Below, piece by piece: positions 10,047-19,130 of a stretch of DNA of 64,000 nucleotides; the stretch's first letter is position 1, and the number at the start of each line of letters is the position of its first letter. Both the position numbers and the translations under genes were made by a program. The stretch lies in assembly GCA_965198235.1 (NCBI GenBank), contig OZ240248.1, forward strand, positions 3,296,001-3,360,000, given 5' to 3'. Under the pieces are notes generated by a model, which made no database searches, had not been told where the DNA came from, and was given only the letters and a program-made list of their open reading frames with translations. Source of the stretch: Candidatus Poribacteria bacterium. Lineage in GTDB: Bacteria > Poribacteria > WGA-4E > WGA-3G.

Positions 10047-11591
10047 TTAACTCATAATTCGTTGCACTGCCTTTTTCCACTGCGCGAGTTTTTCGTTGCG
10101 TTGCTTTGCGTCTATTTGTGGTGAGAAGACGCGAGCTTTAAGAGCGGAGCCTTCAAGTCTTGCTTGCTCGGCTCTATTTGCCTCAAGTTCTTCGATGTCG
10201 TTCCACACACCAGCTGTGATACCCGCAAGGTACGTAGCACCCAAGCCCGTTGATTCTATTTGTGCTGGACGTTCTACATTTATCCCTAAGATGTCAGCTT
10301 GAAACTGCATGAGGAAGTTGTTAGCAGCCGCACCACCGTCAACACGTAATTGCTCGAGTGTCATCTCTGCATCAGTCAACATTGCCCTAACGACATCTGC
10401 GGATTGATACGCAACTGACTCTAATGTGGCGCGGATGATTTGCTCGCGGGTACTCCCTCGCGTTAAGCCGAGGATAGCACCACGCGCATCGGAATCCCAA
10501 TAGGGCGCGCCAAGTCCGGTGAAGGCAGGAACAACAAAGACTTCCCCGGAATCCGGTATACGGGATGCAATTTCCTCCGTTTCCGACGCGCTCTTAATAA
10601 TTGCGATACCGTCTCGAAGCCATTGGACGGCAGCACCTGCGACAAATACGCTTCCCTCCAGCGCGTAAACGGGATTTTCGTCTAAGCTACAAGCGAGTGT
10701 TGTCAGCAGTCCAGTTTTTGTTGATACTTTTTCAGCACCTGTATTTAGCATGAGAAAACAGCCCGTCCCGTAGGTGTTTTTCGCCATACCGGGTTTGATG
10801 CACAATTGACCGAAGAGCGCGGCTTGCTGATCCCCTGCTATTCCGGTGATTGGAATCCCATCCAGAGATATATTTTTACCGAAGGTTTCAAGCCAAAAGT
10901 TCCGGTAGAAACTCGCTGTGCCGAAGTTGCTTGCAGAAGGACAAACTTCAGGTAAAATCGCTTTCGGAACGTTCAAAATTTCCAGAAGGGTTTCGTCCCA
11001 TGACAGTGTGTTGATATTAAAGAGCAGGGTCCGCGAGGCATTTGTGTAATCGGTTTTATGCACTGCCCCATCTGTTAATTTCCAAAGGAGCCACGTATCT
11101 ACGGTTCCGAATGCGAGTTCGCCACGTTCTGCACGTTCCCGAGCACCGCTAACGTGATCCAGGATCCATGCAACCTTTGTTCCGGAAAAATAGGCATCGA
11201 TGACGAGACCCGTTTTCGCCTTTATCTCTGCTGCAACTCCCTGTTTTTCAAGAAGAGCACATTTATCTGCAGTGCGACGGCACTGCCACACGATCGCAGG
11301 ATGAATCGGTTTACCTGTTTTCCTGTCCCAAACGAGTGTGGTTTCGCGTTGGTTTGCAATTCCAATAGCAACAATATTCAGGGCATTTTCTTTTGCAAAA
11401 AGTGCGTCTATTGCTTGTAAAGTGGCGTTCCAGATTTCCTCCGGATCGTGTTCTACCCAACCGGGATGGGGATAGTATTGTGTGAATTCTTGGTATCCTT
11501 GTGCGATAATGTTTCCCCGTACATCAACGAGGAGAGCAGTAGTTCCCGTTGTCCCTTGGTCGATCGAGAGGAGGCAAGCGGTATTCGGCAT
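10047..11591 (-). CDS. glpK: Glycerol kinase
   Basis: IDQGTTG, NQRETT, WQCRRT, YFSGTK, GDQQAALFGQ, KNTYGTG, PAFTGLGAPYWD, VDGG. Confidence 0.96.
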   Translation of the reverse strand: MPNTACLLSIDQGTTGTTALLVDVRGNIIAQGYQEFTQYYPHPGWVEHDPEEIWNATLQAIDALFAKENALNIVAIGIANQRETTLVWDRKTGKPIHPAIVWQCRRTADKCALLEKQGVAAEIKAKTGLVIDAYFSGTKVAWILDHVSGARERAERGELAFGTVDTWLLWKLTDGAVHKTDYTNASRTLLFNINTLSWDETLLEILNVPKAILPEVCPSASNFGTASFYRNFWLETFGKNISLDGIPITGIAGDQQAALFGQLCIKPGMAKNTYGTGCFLMLNTGAEKVSTKTGLLTTLACSLDENPVYALEGSVFVAGAAVQWLRDGIAIIKSASETEEIASRIPDSGEVFVVPAFTGLGAPYWDSDARGAILGLTRGSTREQIIRATLESVAYQSADVVRAMLTDAEMTLEQLRVDGGAAANNFLMQFQADILGINVERPAQIESTGLGATYLAGITAGVWNDIEELEANRAEQARLEGSALKARVFSPQIDAKQRNEKLAQWKKAVQRIMS

Positions 11592-11706
11592 GCTGTGAGT
11601 GCTACTCCTAAGTGTTTTCTTTTAGAATAACACCGAGTCAGAAAAAAATCAAGTGAAAATCAGTGTACGCTCCACTTCGGATTTTAACGTTTTTTTCTAA
11701 TTCAGG

Positions 11707-11736
11707 TTGACATCGCGTCTGATGTTTTGCTATAAT
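11707..11736 (+). promoter_or_regulatory. Consensus sigma70 promoter upstream of the SpoIVB-like gene
   Basis: TTGACA-N18-TATAAT with extended TG; an imperfect palindrome AATGTAT-N9-ATACATT lies just downstream. Confidence 0.65.
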
Positions 11737-11997
11737 GTATTTATGACGCTTTGAATGTATTGTAAGACTATACATTATACAGAACTATTTCGTTTTCGCC
11801 TATGGTATGTGTGGTAAGGAAGTCTGCCCACTTTAAAATCAAGATTCGCAGATTACTCCTACTGGACGGAGACCTTGGTTCGCAGAACGAGGTTGCGCGA
11901 AAACGAATGAAACGGTTCTACCGTTCAAGCAATTTGCAAATAAGAATATTGTCTAAACATAAACAAATTTCCAATGGTTTAGAGAGGAGTAGAGGTT

Positions 11998-13878
11998 GTG
12001 AAAAAGACTTTGCTTTGTGCACTTGTGATATTCTGCTTGGCTGCATATCATAGTTATGCGCAGATTGAGTGGGATGCTGAAAAGTTTATGCCGTTGTCTG
12101 AGGTGAAACGGGGTATGAAGGGGAAAGGCTACACAGTGTTTTCCGGGACAACGGTGGAAGAATTTGAATGTGAAGTTGTGAGTGTTGAATATAACTTTAT
12201 TCCAGGTTGGCATGTTGTATGGATGGAGGGGTTGAGCGACAACTTTAAGCGTACAGGTGTCGCAGGCGGTATGAGTGGTAGCCCTATGTACATTGACGGA
12301 CGACTCATGGGCGCGCTTTCCCTCGGTTTTTTCAATCAGCGGGAACACTCCAATATTTTTGGTGTTACGCCCTTTGAATTGATGGTTAAAGTCGCCCAGC
12401 GTGGCATGGAACCTAATTTAAGTTACCAAGGTGCTCAGCTCTTTAACCTTGATGCTGCGGCTGTGACGCAGGAATATGGATTGGATGCAGGACAGTCTCT
12501 CCTTCGCGATGGTCAGGTTGCACAGGTGCCGCGCGCTTTTGATGAAATGTGGCTTGACAGTATTGCCGATGTGCCTTCCCAAGTGAGACCCGCACAGTTA
12601 TCTATTCCGGTCACGCTTCCAACACTTAATTCGGAGGTCATACGGTTTATTAAACCGATGTTTGATAAACTCAATTTTACCCCAGTCCAAGCGGCAGGCG
12701 GCGGAAGCCCCATTAAGGAATCGCCAGTTGAGGGGGGACAGATAATCGGGACGGAATTTGTCCGAGGTGATGTTTCGTTTTTTGGTTATGGGACAATCAC
12801 TTATGTAGATGGTAATGAGCTGCTCGCTTATGGACATTCTGCGACTGCAGAAGGTAACGTCAATATCCCGCTTTCTGGCGGATATGTGCATTTTATTTTC
12901 CCGAGTCGTTCCCGTTCCTTCAAAATAGCAGCACCGACGCAGCCCATCGGAACCCTGGTGCAAGACAGGGATCCTGCTATTGCTGGTATCATAGGGAAGC
13001 ACCCGAGTTATATTCCTGTCAATGTCAATGTGCAGACAGCTGATGGGAAACAGCATCAGAAGTACTATGAGGTAATGCGACATCGCAGTTTCTCTCCGAT
13101 TTTTACCGGAATAGGAGCGTGGATGCTCATGGACACACTTGAGTTTTATTTGGGAGACTACACGCTCAATATGGGGGCGACTATCACTCTCAAAGAACAT
13201 CCTGACCTCAAAACGCGTGAGTTGGTGTACAAGAATATCTATTCTTCCAGGGGATCACCAGGGTTTGGTGTCATGCAGACGCTCATGATGCCAATGGCAC
13301 AGTTAGCCTTCAACTCGTACACAAAGGTTCAGGTCGAAAATGTCACCCTTGATGTGAACATAGAGGATAAACGGCGAACGGCGAGGATTCAAAGTCTTCA
13401 GATGGATAAACTCCGCTACCGACCTGGGGATACTGTTGAGGTGGAAATTACTTTGCAACCCTATTTTGAAAAGCCCATAGTGCAGACAGGGACAATCACG
13501 ATTCCTAAAGATGTGCCAGAGGGGCTCGTCACGCTCCTCGCCACCAATGCCAGCTTTCACGAATCCTGGCAGCGTAGCCGAGCACCGCTGAACTTTCGCC
13601 ACAAAAACATCAATCAATTAGTCGAATTGTTACAGCGAGGCGAAAATAACTCGGAAATCATTATGGAACTCTTTGTGCCTGAACCTGGCCTCACTGTTCA
13701 GGGTAAAGAATTCGCACATTTGCCGCCTTCGGTTATGTCCGTCATGAATACCGCAAAGCAGATTGGCAATAGTGGGTATACTGTGGGGACAACGCTTCAC
13801 ATTGATAAAATGTCAACAGACTATGTGATTTATGGAAGTGGCATGATTCGGTTCGTTGTGGATAGGAACGCAGAATAA
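11998..13878 (+). CDS. Secreted SpoIVB-like peptidase (S55 domain)
   Basis: Signal peptide; GMKGKGYTVFSG, GVAGGMSGSPMYIDGRLMGALS, GTITYVDG..LLAYGH. Confidence 0.85.
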   Translation: MKKTLLCALVIFCLAAYHSYAQIEWDAEKFMPLSEVKRGMKGKGYTVFSGTTVEEFECEVVSVEYNFIPGWHVVWMEGLSDNFKRTGVAGGMSGSPMYIDGRLMGALSLGFFNQREHSNIFGVTPFELMVKVAQRGMEPNLSYQGAQLFNLDAAAVTQEYGLDAGQSLLRDGQVAQVPRAFDEMWLDSIADVPSQVRPAQLSIPVTLPTLNSEVIRFIKPMFDKLNFTPVQAAGGGSPIKESPVEGGQIIGTEFVRGDVSFFGYGTITYVDGNELLAYGHSATAEGNVNIPLSGGYVHFIFPSRSRSFKIAAPTQPIGTLVQDRDPAIAGIIGKHPSYIPVNVNVQTADGKQHQKYYEVMRHRSFSPIFTGIGAWMLMDTLEFYLGDYTLNMGATITLKEHPDLKTRELVYKNIYSSRGSPGFGVMQTLMMPMAQLAFNSYTKVQVENVTLDVNIEDKRRTARIQSLQMDKLRYRPGDTVEVEITLQPYFEKPIVQTGTITIPKDVPEGLVTLLATNASFHESWQRSRAPLNFRHKNINQLVELLQRGENNSEIIMELFVPEPGLTVQGKEFAHLPPSVMSVMNTAKQIGNSGYTVGTTLHIDKMSTDYVIYGSGMIRFVVDRNAE

Positions 13879-14073
13879 TACCAAAAAGCGGAGTAGGGGA
13901 CTGAGACGCGGAAATCTCGCCCTGTGACACCCGTTGCCAGAGTGGAAGCCCGAAGCCTTCTCCAACGATGCGGGTGAATGCTTAATAATAATATATAAAA
14001 CCTCAAAATTTGGTGGCTTGCGAACATTCACTTTCAAGCCTTACCTAAATAACCCTACAGGAGGGTATTTTCA

Positions 14074-16218
14074 ATGCGCCGTGTCATCTCCTTATGGAGT
14101 CTTATTTTAACCGTCTTTATTTGCGCAAACATCGCGTCCGCAGTCAATACATCTTTATGGGAACAAAAAAACCGTGCGGATTTTGAGGCGGGTAAGCCAA
14201 AAGACCTTTCGTTTACAAGTACCGGAGATGTTATGTTGTCTCCCAAAATTGATTCCTTTACGAAGCTCAAGGAGACCCAAGTCTGGGCACTTGTGGAAGA
14301 TTCAGCAGGAAATCTCTATGCTGGTACTGGGAACGAAGGGAAAATCTATAAAATTGCTGCGGATGGCGACACCGCTGAGCTCTATTACAATTCACCCGAA
14401 GTTACCATTTACAGTCTCGCTATTGGACCCGACAATGCGCTCTACGCTGGCACTGGACCCGACGGGTTGATTTATAAAATCACTGATGCTACAACACCCC
14501 CGACTACCCTACTCAACGAGGGCGACAAATATGTGTGGGCGTTGAAGTTTGATGATGCTGGCAATCTCTATGCAGCGACAGGCACCGATGGTAAGATTTA
14601 CAAAATCACACCAGATGGTGAATCGAGCGTTCTCTTTGATGCCGAAGAAAAAAATATCATGACGTTCCTTCTACACGAAAAGGGTTTCTACGCGGGAAGT
14701 AGCGACAACGGCATTATTTACCATATCATGGACGATGGTACTGCAAAGGTTATCTATCAAGCCAAAGAGAAAGAGGTTCGCGCCCTTGAGATGGATACCC
14801 AAGGCAATCTCTATGCAGCGGTCGTTACGTCCCAACCTGCTGAACCCTCAAGGGGACGACGCGGTGGTTCAAATGGACCTCCAACTCCCTCCGGTCCACC
14901 GCCTCCGGGTGGTGGTGCCCCGCAAGAAAACAAGTCTAACATCTACAAAATTCGTCCAAACGGGACCGCAGTTTCGATTTGGGCATCACCGGAGCCGCTT
15001 ATTTTGGCGATCGTCCTTGAAAGCGACTCGCAAATCTTAGTAGGCACCGGGGATGAAGGAAAACTCTACCGTGTTAACCTGATGAGTGGAGACTCTGTTG
15101 AAGTCGGCAAATGCTCCGCGAACCAGATTGTGGCAATACATCAGGAAAAAGTAGATGGGGACACCAAAACACTCCTCGCGACGGGGAACCCCGGTAAACT
15201 TTTTAATCTCACTGCCACCTACGTTGAAGAGGGGACCCTTGAGTCAACGGTTCACGACGCGAAGAGTTTGTCTCGGTGGGGGAAACTCTCTTGGGAAGGT
15301 GAGATGGCGGATGGAACAGCGATTGCCTTCTCGACCCGTACCGGTAATACCAAAAAGCCGGATGATACCTGGAGCGACTGGTCCGATGAACTCACAACAG
15401 CAGAAGGCTCTCAGATTCCGAATGGAGATGGGCAGTACATCCAGTGGCGCGCGAAGTTCACAACCAGCGACACGGCGCAAACACCTATTTTGAAGAGGGT
15501 TACCCTCGCCTCCGTACAGACGAATGTTGAGCCACGTTTCACCAGTATTGAAGTAAACGATGGTAGTGGTAGTGGGAACCAAGAAAGAGGGCGCCGCTCC
15601 TCTGGCGGTAGTTTACCACCCCCAGGCGCGCGCGGCGGTGATAGTAGCGGATCAAGCAATGCAGGCGACGCACCTTCTAAAAAATGGAAGGTGAGTTGGA
15701 AGGTTGAGGATGCAAATGCCGATACGTTGCAGTATACGCTCTACTACAAAGCTGTTGACGAGAGCAACTGGCGTCTCCTCAAAAAGGAATTGTCCAAAGC
15801 GAACTATGAATGGGATGTCACGACTGTCCCAGATGGACGATATACCTTAAAAGCCGTTGCAACCGACAAACTGAGCAATCCAGTCGGATGGGCGAAATCC
15901 GCTGAGAAGGTGAGTATGCCGGTTGACGTAGACAATACGCAGCCCTCTATCGGGGAAATCCAAGTCACTGCTAACGGTGATAGCACCTACAAAATTGCCT
16001 GTGACGTTACAGATATGACCACGCCGATCCAGAAGGCTGTCTATAAGATTGACAGTGATGAACACTGGAAGGTTATCTTTCCAGACGATGGGATCTTCGA
16101 TTCCAAAAAGGAACAACTCCTGCTTGAAACAGGTGAACTCCCCGAAGGGGCACACACTATTATCATTCAGGTGACAGATAGGGCACAAAACATGGCAGTC
16201 GGTAGGGCGAGTTTCTAA
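14074..16218 (+). CDS. Secreted beta-propeller repeat protein with C-terminal FN3/Ig-like domains
   Basis: Signal peptide; repeated blades (LYAGTG.EGKIYKI, LYAGTGPDGLIYKI, LYAATGTDGKIYKI); Pro/Gly linkers; WDVTTVPDGRY and DNTQP Ig-like motifs. Confidence 0.8.
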   Translation: MRRVISLWSLILTVFICANIASAVNTSLWEQKNRADFEAGKPKDLSFTSTGDVMLSPKIDSFTKLKETQVWALVEDSAGNLYAGTGNEGKIYKIAADGDTAELYYNSPEVTIYSLAIGPDNALYAGTGPDGLIYKITDATTPPTTLLNEGDKYVWALKFDDAGNLYAATGTDGKIYKITPDGESSVLFDAEEKNIMTFLLHEKGFYAGSSDNGIIYHIMDDGTAKVIYQAKEKEVRALEMDTQGNLYAAVVTSQPAEPSRGRRGGSNGPPTPSGPPPPGGGAPQENKSNIYKIRPNGTAVSIWASPEPLILAIVLESDSQILVGTGDEGKLYRVNLMSGDSVEVGKCSANQIVAIHQEKVDGDTKTLLATGNPGKLFNLTATYVEEGTLESTVHDAKSLSRWGKLSWEGEMADGTAIAFSTRTGNTKKPDDTWSDWSDELTTAEGSQIPNGDGQYIQWRAKFTTSDTAQTPILKRVTLASVQTNVEPRFTSIEVNDGSGSGNQERGRRSSGGSLPPPGARGGDSSGSSNAGDAPSKKWKVSWKVEDANADTLQYTLYYKAVDESNWRLLKKELSKANYEWDVTTVPDGRYTLKAVATDKLSNPVGWAKSAEKVSMPVDVDNTQPSIGEIQVTANGDSTYKIACDVTDMTTPIQKAVYKIDSDEHWKVIFPDDGIFDSKKEQLLLETGELPEGAHTIIIQVTDRAQNMAVGRASF

Positions 16219-16232
16219 TCGATTCCAGTTTC

Positions 16233-16263
16233 AGGGCGGGTTCCAAACCCGCCCTATTTTTTT
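16233..16263 (+). terminator. Intrinsic terminator
   Basis: AGGGCGGGTT-CCA-AACCCGCCCT followed by a T7 run, 15 bp after the stop. Confidence 0.85.
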
Positions 16264-16291
16264 CTTAGCGAACAAGGTCCCCACCGCTGCT

Positions 16292-16312
16292 GGCGAGGAT
16301 TGTATCCTCGCC
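16292..16312. repeat. REP-like palindrome between convergent genes
   Basis: GGCGAGGAT-TGT-ATCCTCGCC perfect 9-bp stem. Confidence 0.55.
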
Positions 16313-16339
16313 TCCCCGCATGTCCAAGGAATGGCTTTA

Positions 16340-17701
16340 CTATCTTGTTACAGTTTCGATTGATGTATAAGCGATGTCCAGTAGAGCATCTAACTCTGAA
16401 ATCGAGATCTGTAGCGGGGGCATCAGGACGATAGTGTTCACAAGTGGTCGAAGCATCGCCCCACGGGTGAGTGCCTCTTTACAAACTCGGATACCTATCT
16501 TATCTTCAAAAGGATAAGGCGTGTAGGTGTCGGAGTTTTTCATTAATTCTACACCAGCGGCAAAGCCACATACTCGGACATCACCGACGTGTGGCAGCCT
16601 ATAGAATTCCTGAAGCCGATTCCCGAGGTGTTCAATAGTAGGTTGGAGTTGGGAAAGGAGATTGTCACGCTCAAAAATAGCGATATTTTCTAATGCGACT
16701 ACGCATGCTAATGGGTTTCCAGTGAAGGTGTGTCCGTGAAAGAAGGTCTTGAGGTCTCGGTACTCACCGAGGAAGGCATTATAGATTTCATCAGTACTTA
16801 GCGTCGCCGCGAGTGGGAGATAACCCCCTGTGAGTCCTTTTGCTGTGCATAAGAGGTCGGGTGTAACGTCCTCATGCTCGCATGCCCACATTTTGCCCGT
16901 GCGTCCGAACCCAGTCATCACTTCATCAACAATAAGAAGTGTTTCCCACCGTTTTGCTAATGCAGCGAGTTCCTTTAGAAATCCTTTCGGAGCGATAAGC
17001 ATGCCGCCCGCGCCCTGAATGAGCGGTTCTAAAATAATACCTGCAATTTGCCCTTCATGTGCGGAGAGGGCGTGTTCCACTACATTGAGCCAACGAGTTT
17101 TAACCGCAGATTCATGATTGGATGTACCTGCAGCGTGCGGAGGGTGATAGGCTTCAGAAGCAGACACGCGGATACCTTTGAAAAGGAGGGAATCAAAGGT
17201 AGTATGGAAACTATCAATACCACCAACACTCATCGCACCTATCGTGTCCCCGTGGTATGCATTATCAAAATGGATAAACAGTTTCCGTTGCGGTTCTTCC
17301 TTGTGTTGCCAGTACTGATACGCTATCTTCAAGGCAACTTCGACAGCGGTTGAACCGTTGTCGGAGTAAAACACCTTGTTCAATCCAGTCGGTGTGAGTT
17401 CTACCAGTTTTTGTGCAAGCTGGATCGCAGGGATATTGCTGTATCCAAGCAGTGTGGTGTGTGCGATCTTGTCTATCTGCGTCTTGAGCGCAGTGTTCAG
17501 CTCTGGATGATTATGCCCGTGAACGTTTGTCCACATAGAAGCGATTCCATCAATATACCGATTTCCGGCAATATCAATGAGGTAGCATCCCTCACCCCTT
17601 TCAATGATGACTGGCTCCTCCGCCAGCCAATCCTGCATTTGCGTGAACGGGTGCCAGAGGTAACGCTTATCCCAATCGACAAGCGTTTCTTTATCAACCA
17701 T
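16340..17701 (-). CDS. bioA: Adenosylmethionine-8-amino-7-oxononanoate transaminase
   Basis: WHPFTQM, SDNGSTAVEVALK, YHGDT, EPLIQGAGGM, DEVMTGFGRTG, AKGLTGGY, FFHGHTFTGNP. Confidence 0.95.
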   Translation of the reverse strand: MVDKETLVDWDKRYLWHPFTQMQDWLAEEPVIIERGEGCYLIDIAGNRYIDGIASMWTNVHGHNHPELNTALKTQIDKIAHTTLLGYSNIPAIQLAQKLVELTPTGLNKVFYSDNGSTAVEVALKIAYQYWQHKEEPQRKLFIHFDNAYHGDTIGAMSVGGIDSFHTTFDSLLFKGIRVSASEAYHPPHAAGTSNHESAVKTRWLNVVEHALSAHEGQIAGIILEPLIQGAGGMLIAPKGFLKELAALAKRWETLLIVDEVMTGFGRTGKMWACEHEDVTPDLLCTAKGLTGGYLPLAATLSTDEIYNAFLGEYRDLKTFFHGHTFTGNPLACVVALENIAIFERDNLLSQLQPTIEHLGNRLQEFYRLPHVGDVRVCGFAAGVELMKNSDTYTPYPFEDKIGIRVCKEALTRGAMLRPLVNTIVLMPPLQISISELDALLDIAYTSIETVTR

Positions 17702-17722
17702 AGTCTATAGTTGCAAGGTTTG

Positions 17723-18982
17723 CTATCCCTTCAGTTTGGCATAATGCACTGTTGGTTCAAGTCCGAGTGATTCACATGTACCGCTTTTCGAGACGATAAT
17801 CGTCAATACTTTATTCCGATAAGTTGCCTGAAAATCTTCTGGCTGTCCTGAGATGGGCATGATATTTGTGAAACCGTTCGGGAATGAACTTGTGCGACCT
17901 ACAACAGAGGCAAACCTTGGATCATCCAATTGTGTCTGAACAGTTAAAATACTTTCGGGCGCAGGGAGTTCACCGGAGACATACGGCGAACTGAGTTGGA
18001 TTTCATACGTGTAGTCCGGCATTCTATCAGGGAGTTCATGCTCTTTTTTCGCGACGGAATTCGGCACCCATCTCGGAAATTCGATTTCGACCTCGTAGTG
18101 ATTCGCCAGTTCTGTAACGCGATTTACCATGCCGTAGCGTCTGTAACGTTCCCGTACATCGTCAGAATAGATCTTACCATCTGTGAGTACCGCTCCAGGC
18201 ATCGTTGTACGTTCTTCTTTTCGTTGAACGACGAGTGCTGAACGTAAGCCGCTAAGGAGTGGGGTTGCAATGAGTGATGGGAACCATCCGTAGAAGGCGG
18301 CACCGTAGCTCGGTTGTTCAGCTGTGGAATTGAATTCGTCTTTAAACCGGTAAATGCCTTCGGAAATAGCGATGACGATCCCTAAGAAAATCATCAGGTT
18401 GCCTTCACTCGTAAAGAGGTTGGCGCTTTGCCCTTTGATCCCGATGAAGAAGAGGATAAGCGGATAGAGCGTCAAGTTGATGAGACTATTGATACCCGTT
18501 GATACCGCAGAACTAAAAATAAGCGGACTGCCAGCCATCTCCTCAAGCCGTGCTTTAAACTTCGCTGAAAAGGCACCGAGAAGCGGTTGTCCGAGCATTG
18601 CTAAGATGTTATAGGGTGCGCGAAGTCTTGAGTCTGGGACCTCCGGTATTTGCACGAATTCTTCTGGTATACCTTGTTGCTTCCCTTGTTTGGTTGTTCC
18701 TGTTTCGTCAGTTCCTTCATCCGCAGCTTCAGGTTTAACGAAGGTCTCGAAAAATTTACGGTTTATCTCAATATACGATTCCCATTCGCTGGGAACATCG
18801 CTTTGCATGGAGATCGCATCAACCGGACACGCAGGTTCGCACGCCGCGCAGTCGATACATTCATCCGGGTGGATGTAAAGCTGGTTTTCGCCTTCGGTGG
18901 TGTGTATACAATCGACCGGACAGACATCAACACACGCTGTATCCATTACATCAACACACGGTTCGCAAATTATGTAAGCCAT
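17723..18982 (-). CDS. FdxA-type ferredoxin fused to a membrane region and an HSP20-like C-terminal domain
   Basis: N-terminus C-x7-C-x3-CP...CIDCAACEPACP; 2-3 hydrophobic segments; C-terminal ATYRNKVLTIIVSK resembles the alpha-crystallin beta8-beta9 motif. Confidence 0.75.
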   Translation of the reverse strand: MAYIICEPCVDVMDTACVDVCPVDCIHTTEGENQLYIHPDECIDCAACEPACPVDAISMQSDVPSEWESYIEINRKFFETFVKPEAADEGTDETGTTKQGKQQGIPEEFVQIPEVPDSRLRAPYNILAMLGQPLLGAFSAKFKARLEEMAGSPLIFSSAVSTGINSLINLTLYPLILFFIGIKGQSANLFTSEGNLMIFLGIVIAISEGIYRFKDEFNSTAEQPSYGAAFYGWFPSLIATPLLSGLRSALVVQRKEERTTMPGAVLTDGKIYSDDVRERYRRYGMVNRVTELANHYEVEIEFPRWVPNSVAKKEHELPDRMPDYTYEIQLSSPYVSGELPAPESILTVQTQLDDPRFASVVGRTSSFPNGFTNIMPISGQPEDFQATYRNKVLTIIVSKSGTCESLGLEPTVHYAKLKG

Positions 18983-19068
18983 CTCTCCCTCCTTTTTATA
19001 GATGTTCCTTTATTAAGTATACCACAATTCATTGTCGATAGCAAAGAAATATTTCTGTTTTTCACGGT

Positions 19069-19097
19069 TTGACAAATGGGTTAATGACGACTATAAT
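19069..19097 (+). promoter_or_regulatory. sigma70 promoter for truD
   Basis: TTGACA-N17-TATAAT. Confidence 0.65.
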
Positions 19098-19130
19098 GGC
19101 GTGGAGACTAAAGGACGTAAGAGGCATCAG

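Noticed and set aside
17100-17140. Hairpin inside bioA as another in-frame REP insertion
   Set aside because: Only an 8-bp stem with G-U pairs in a naturally variable loop; could be chance.
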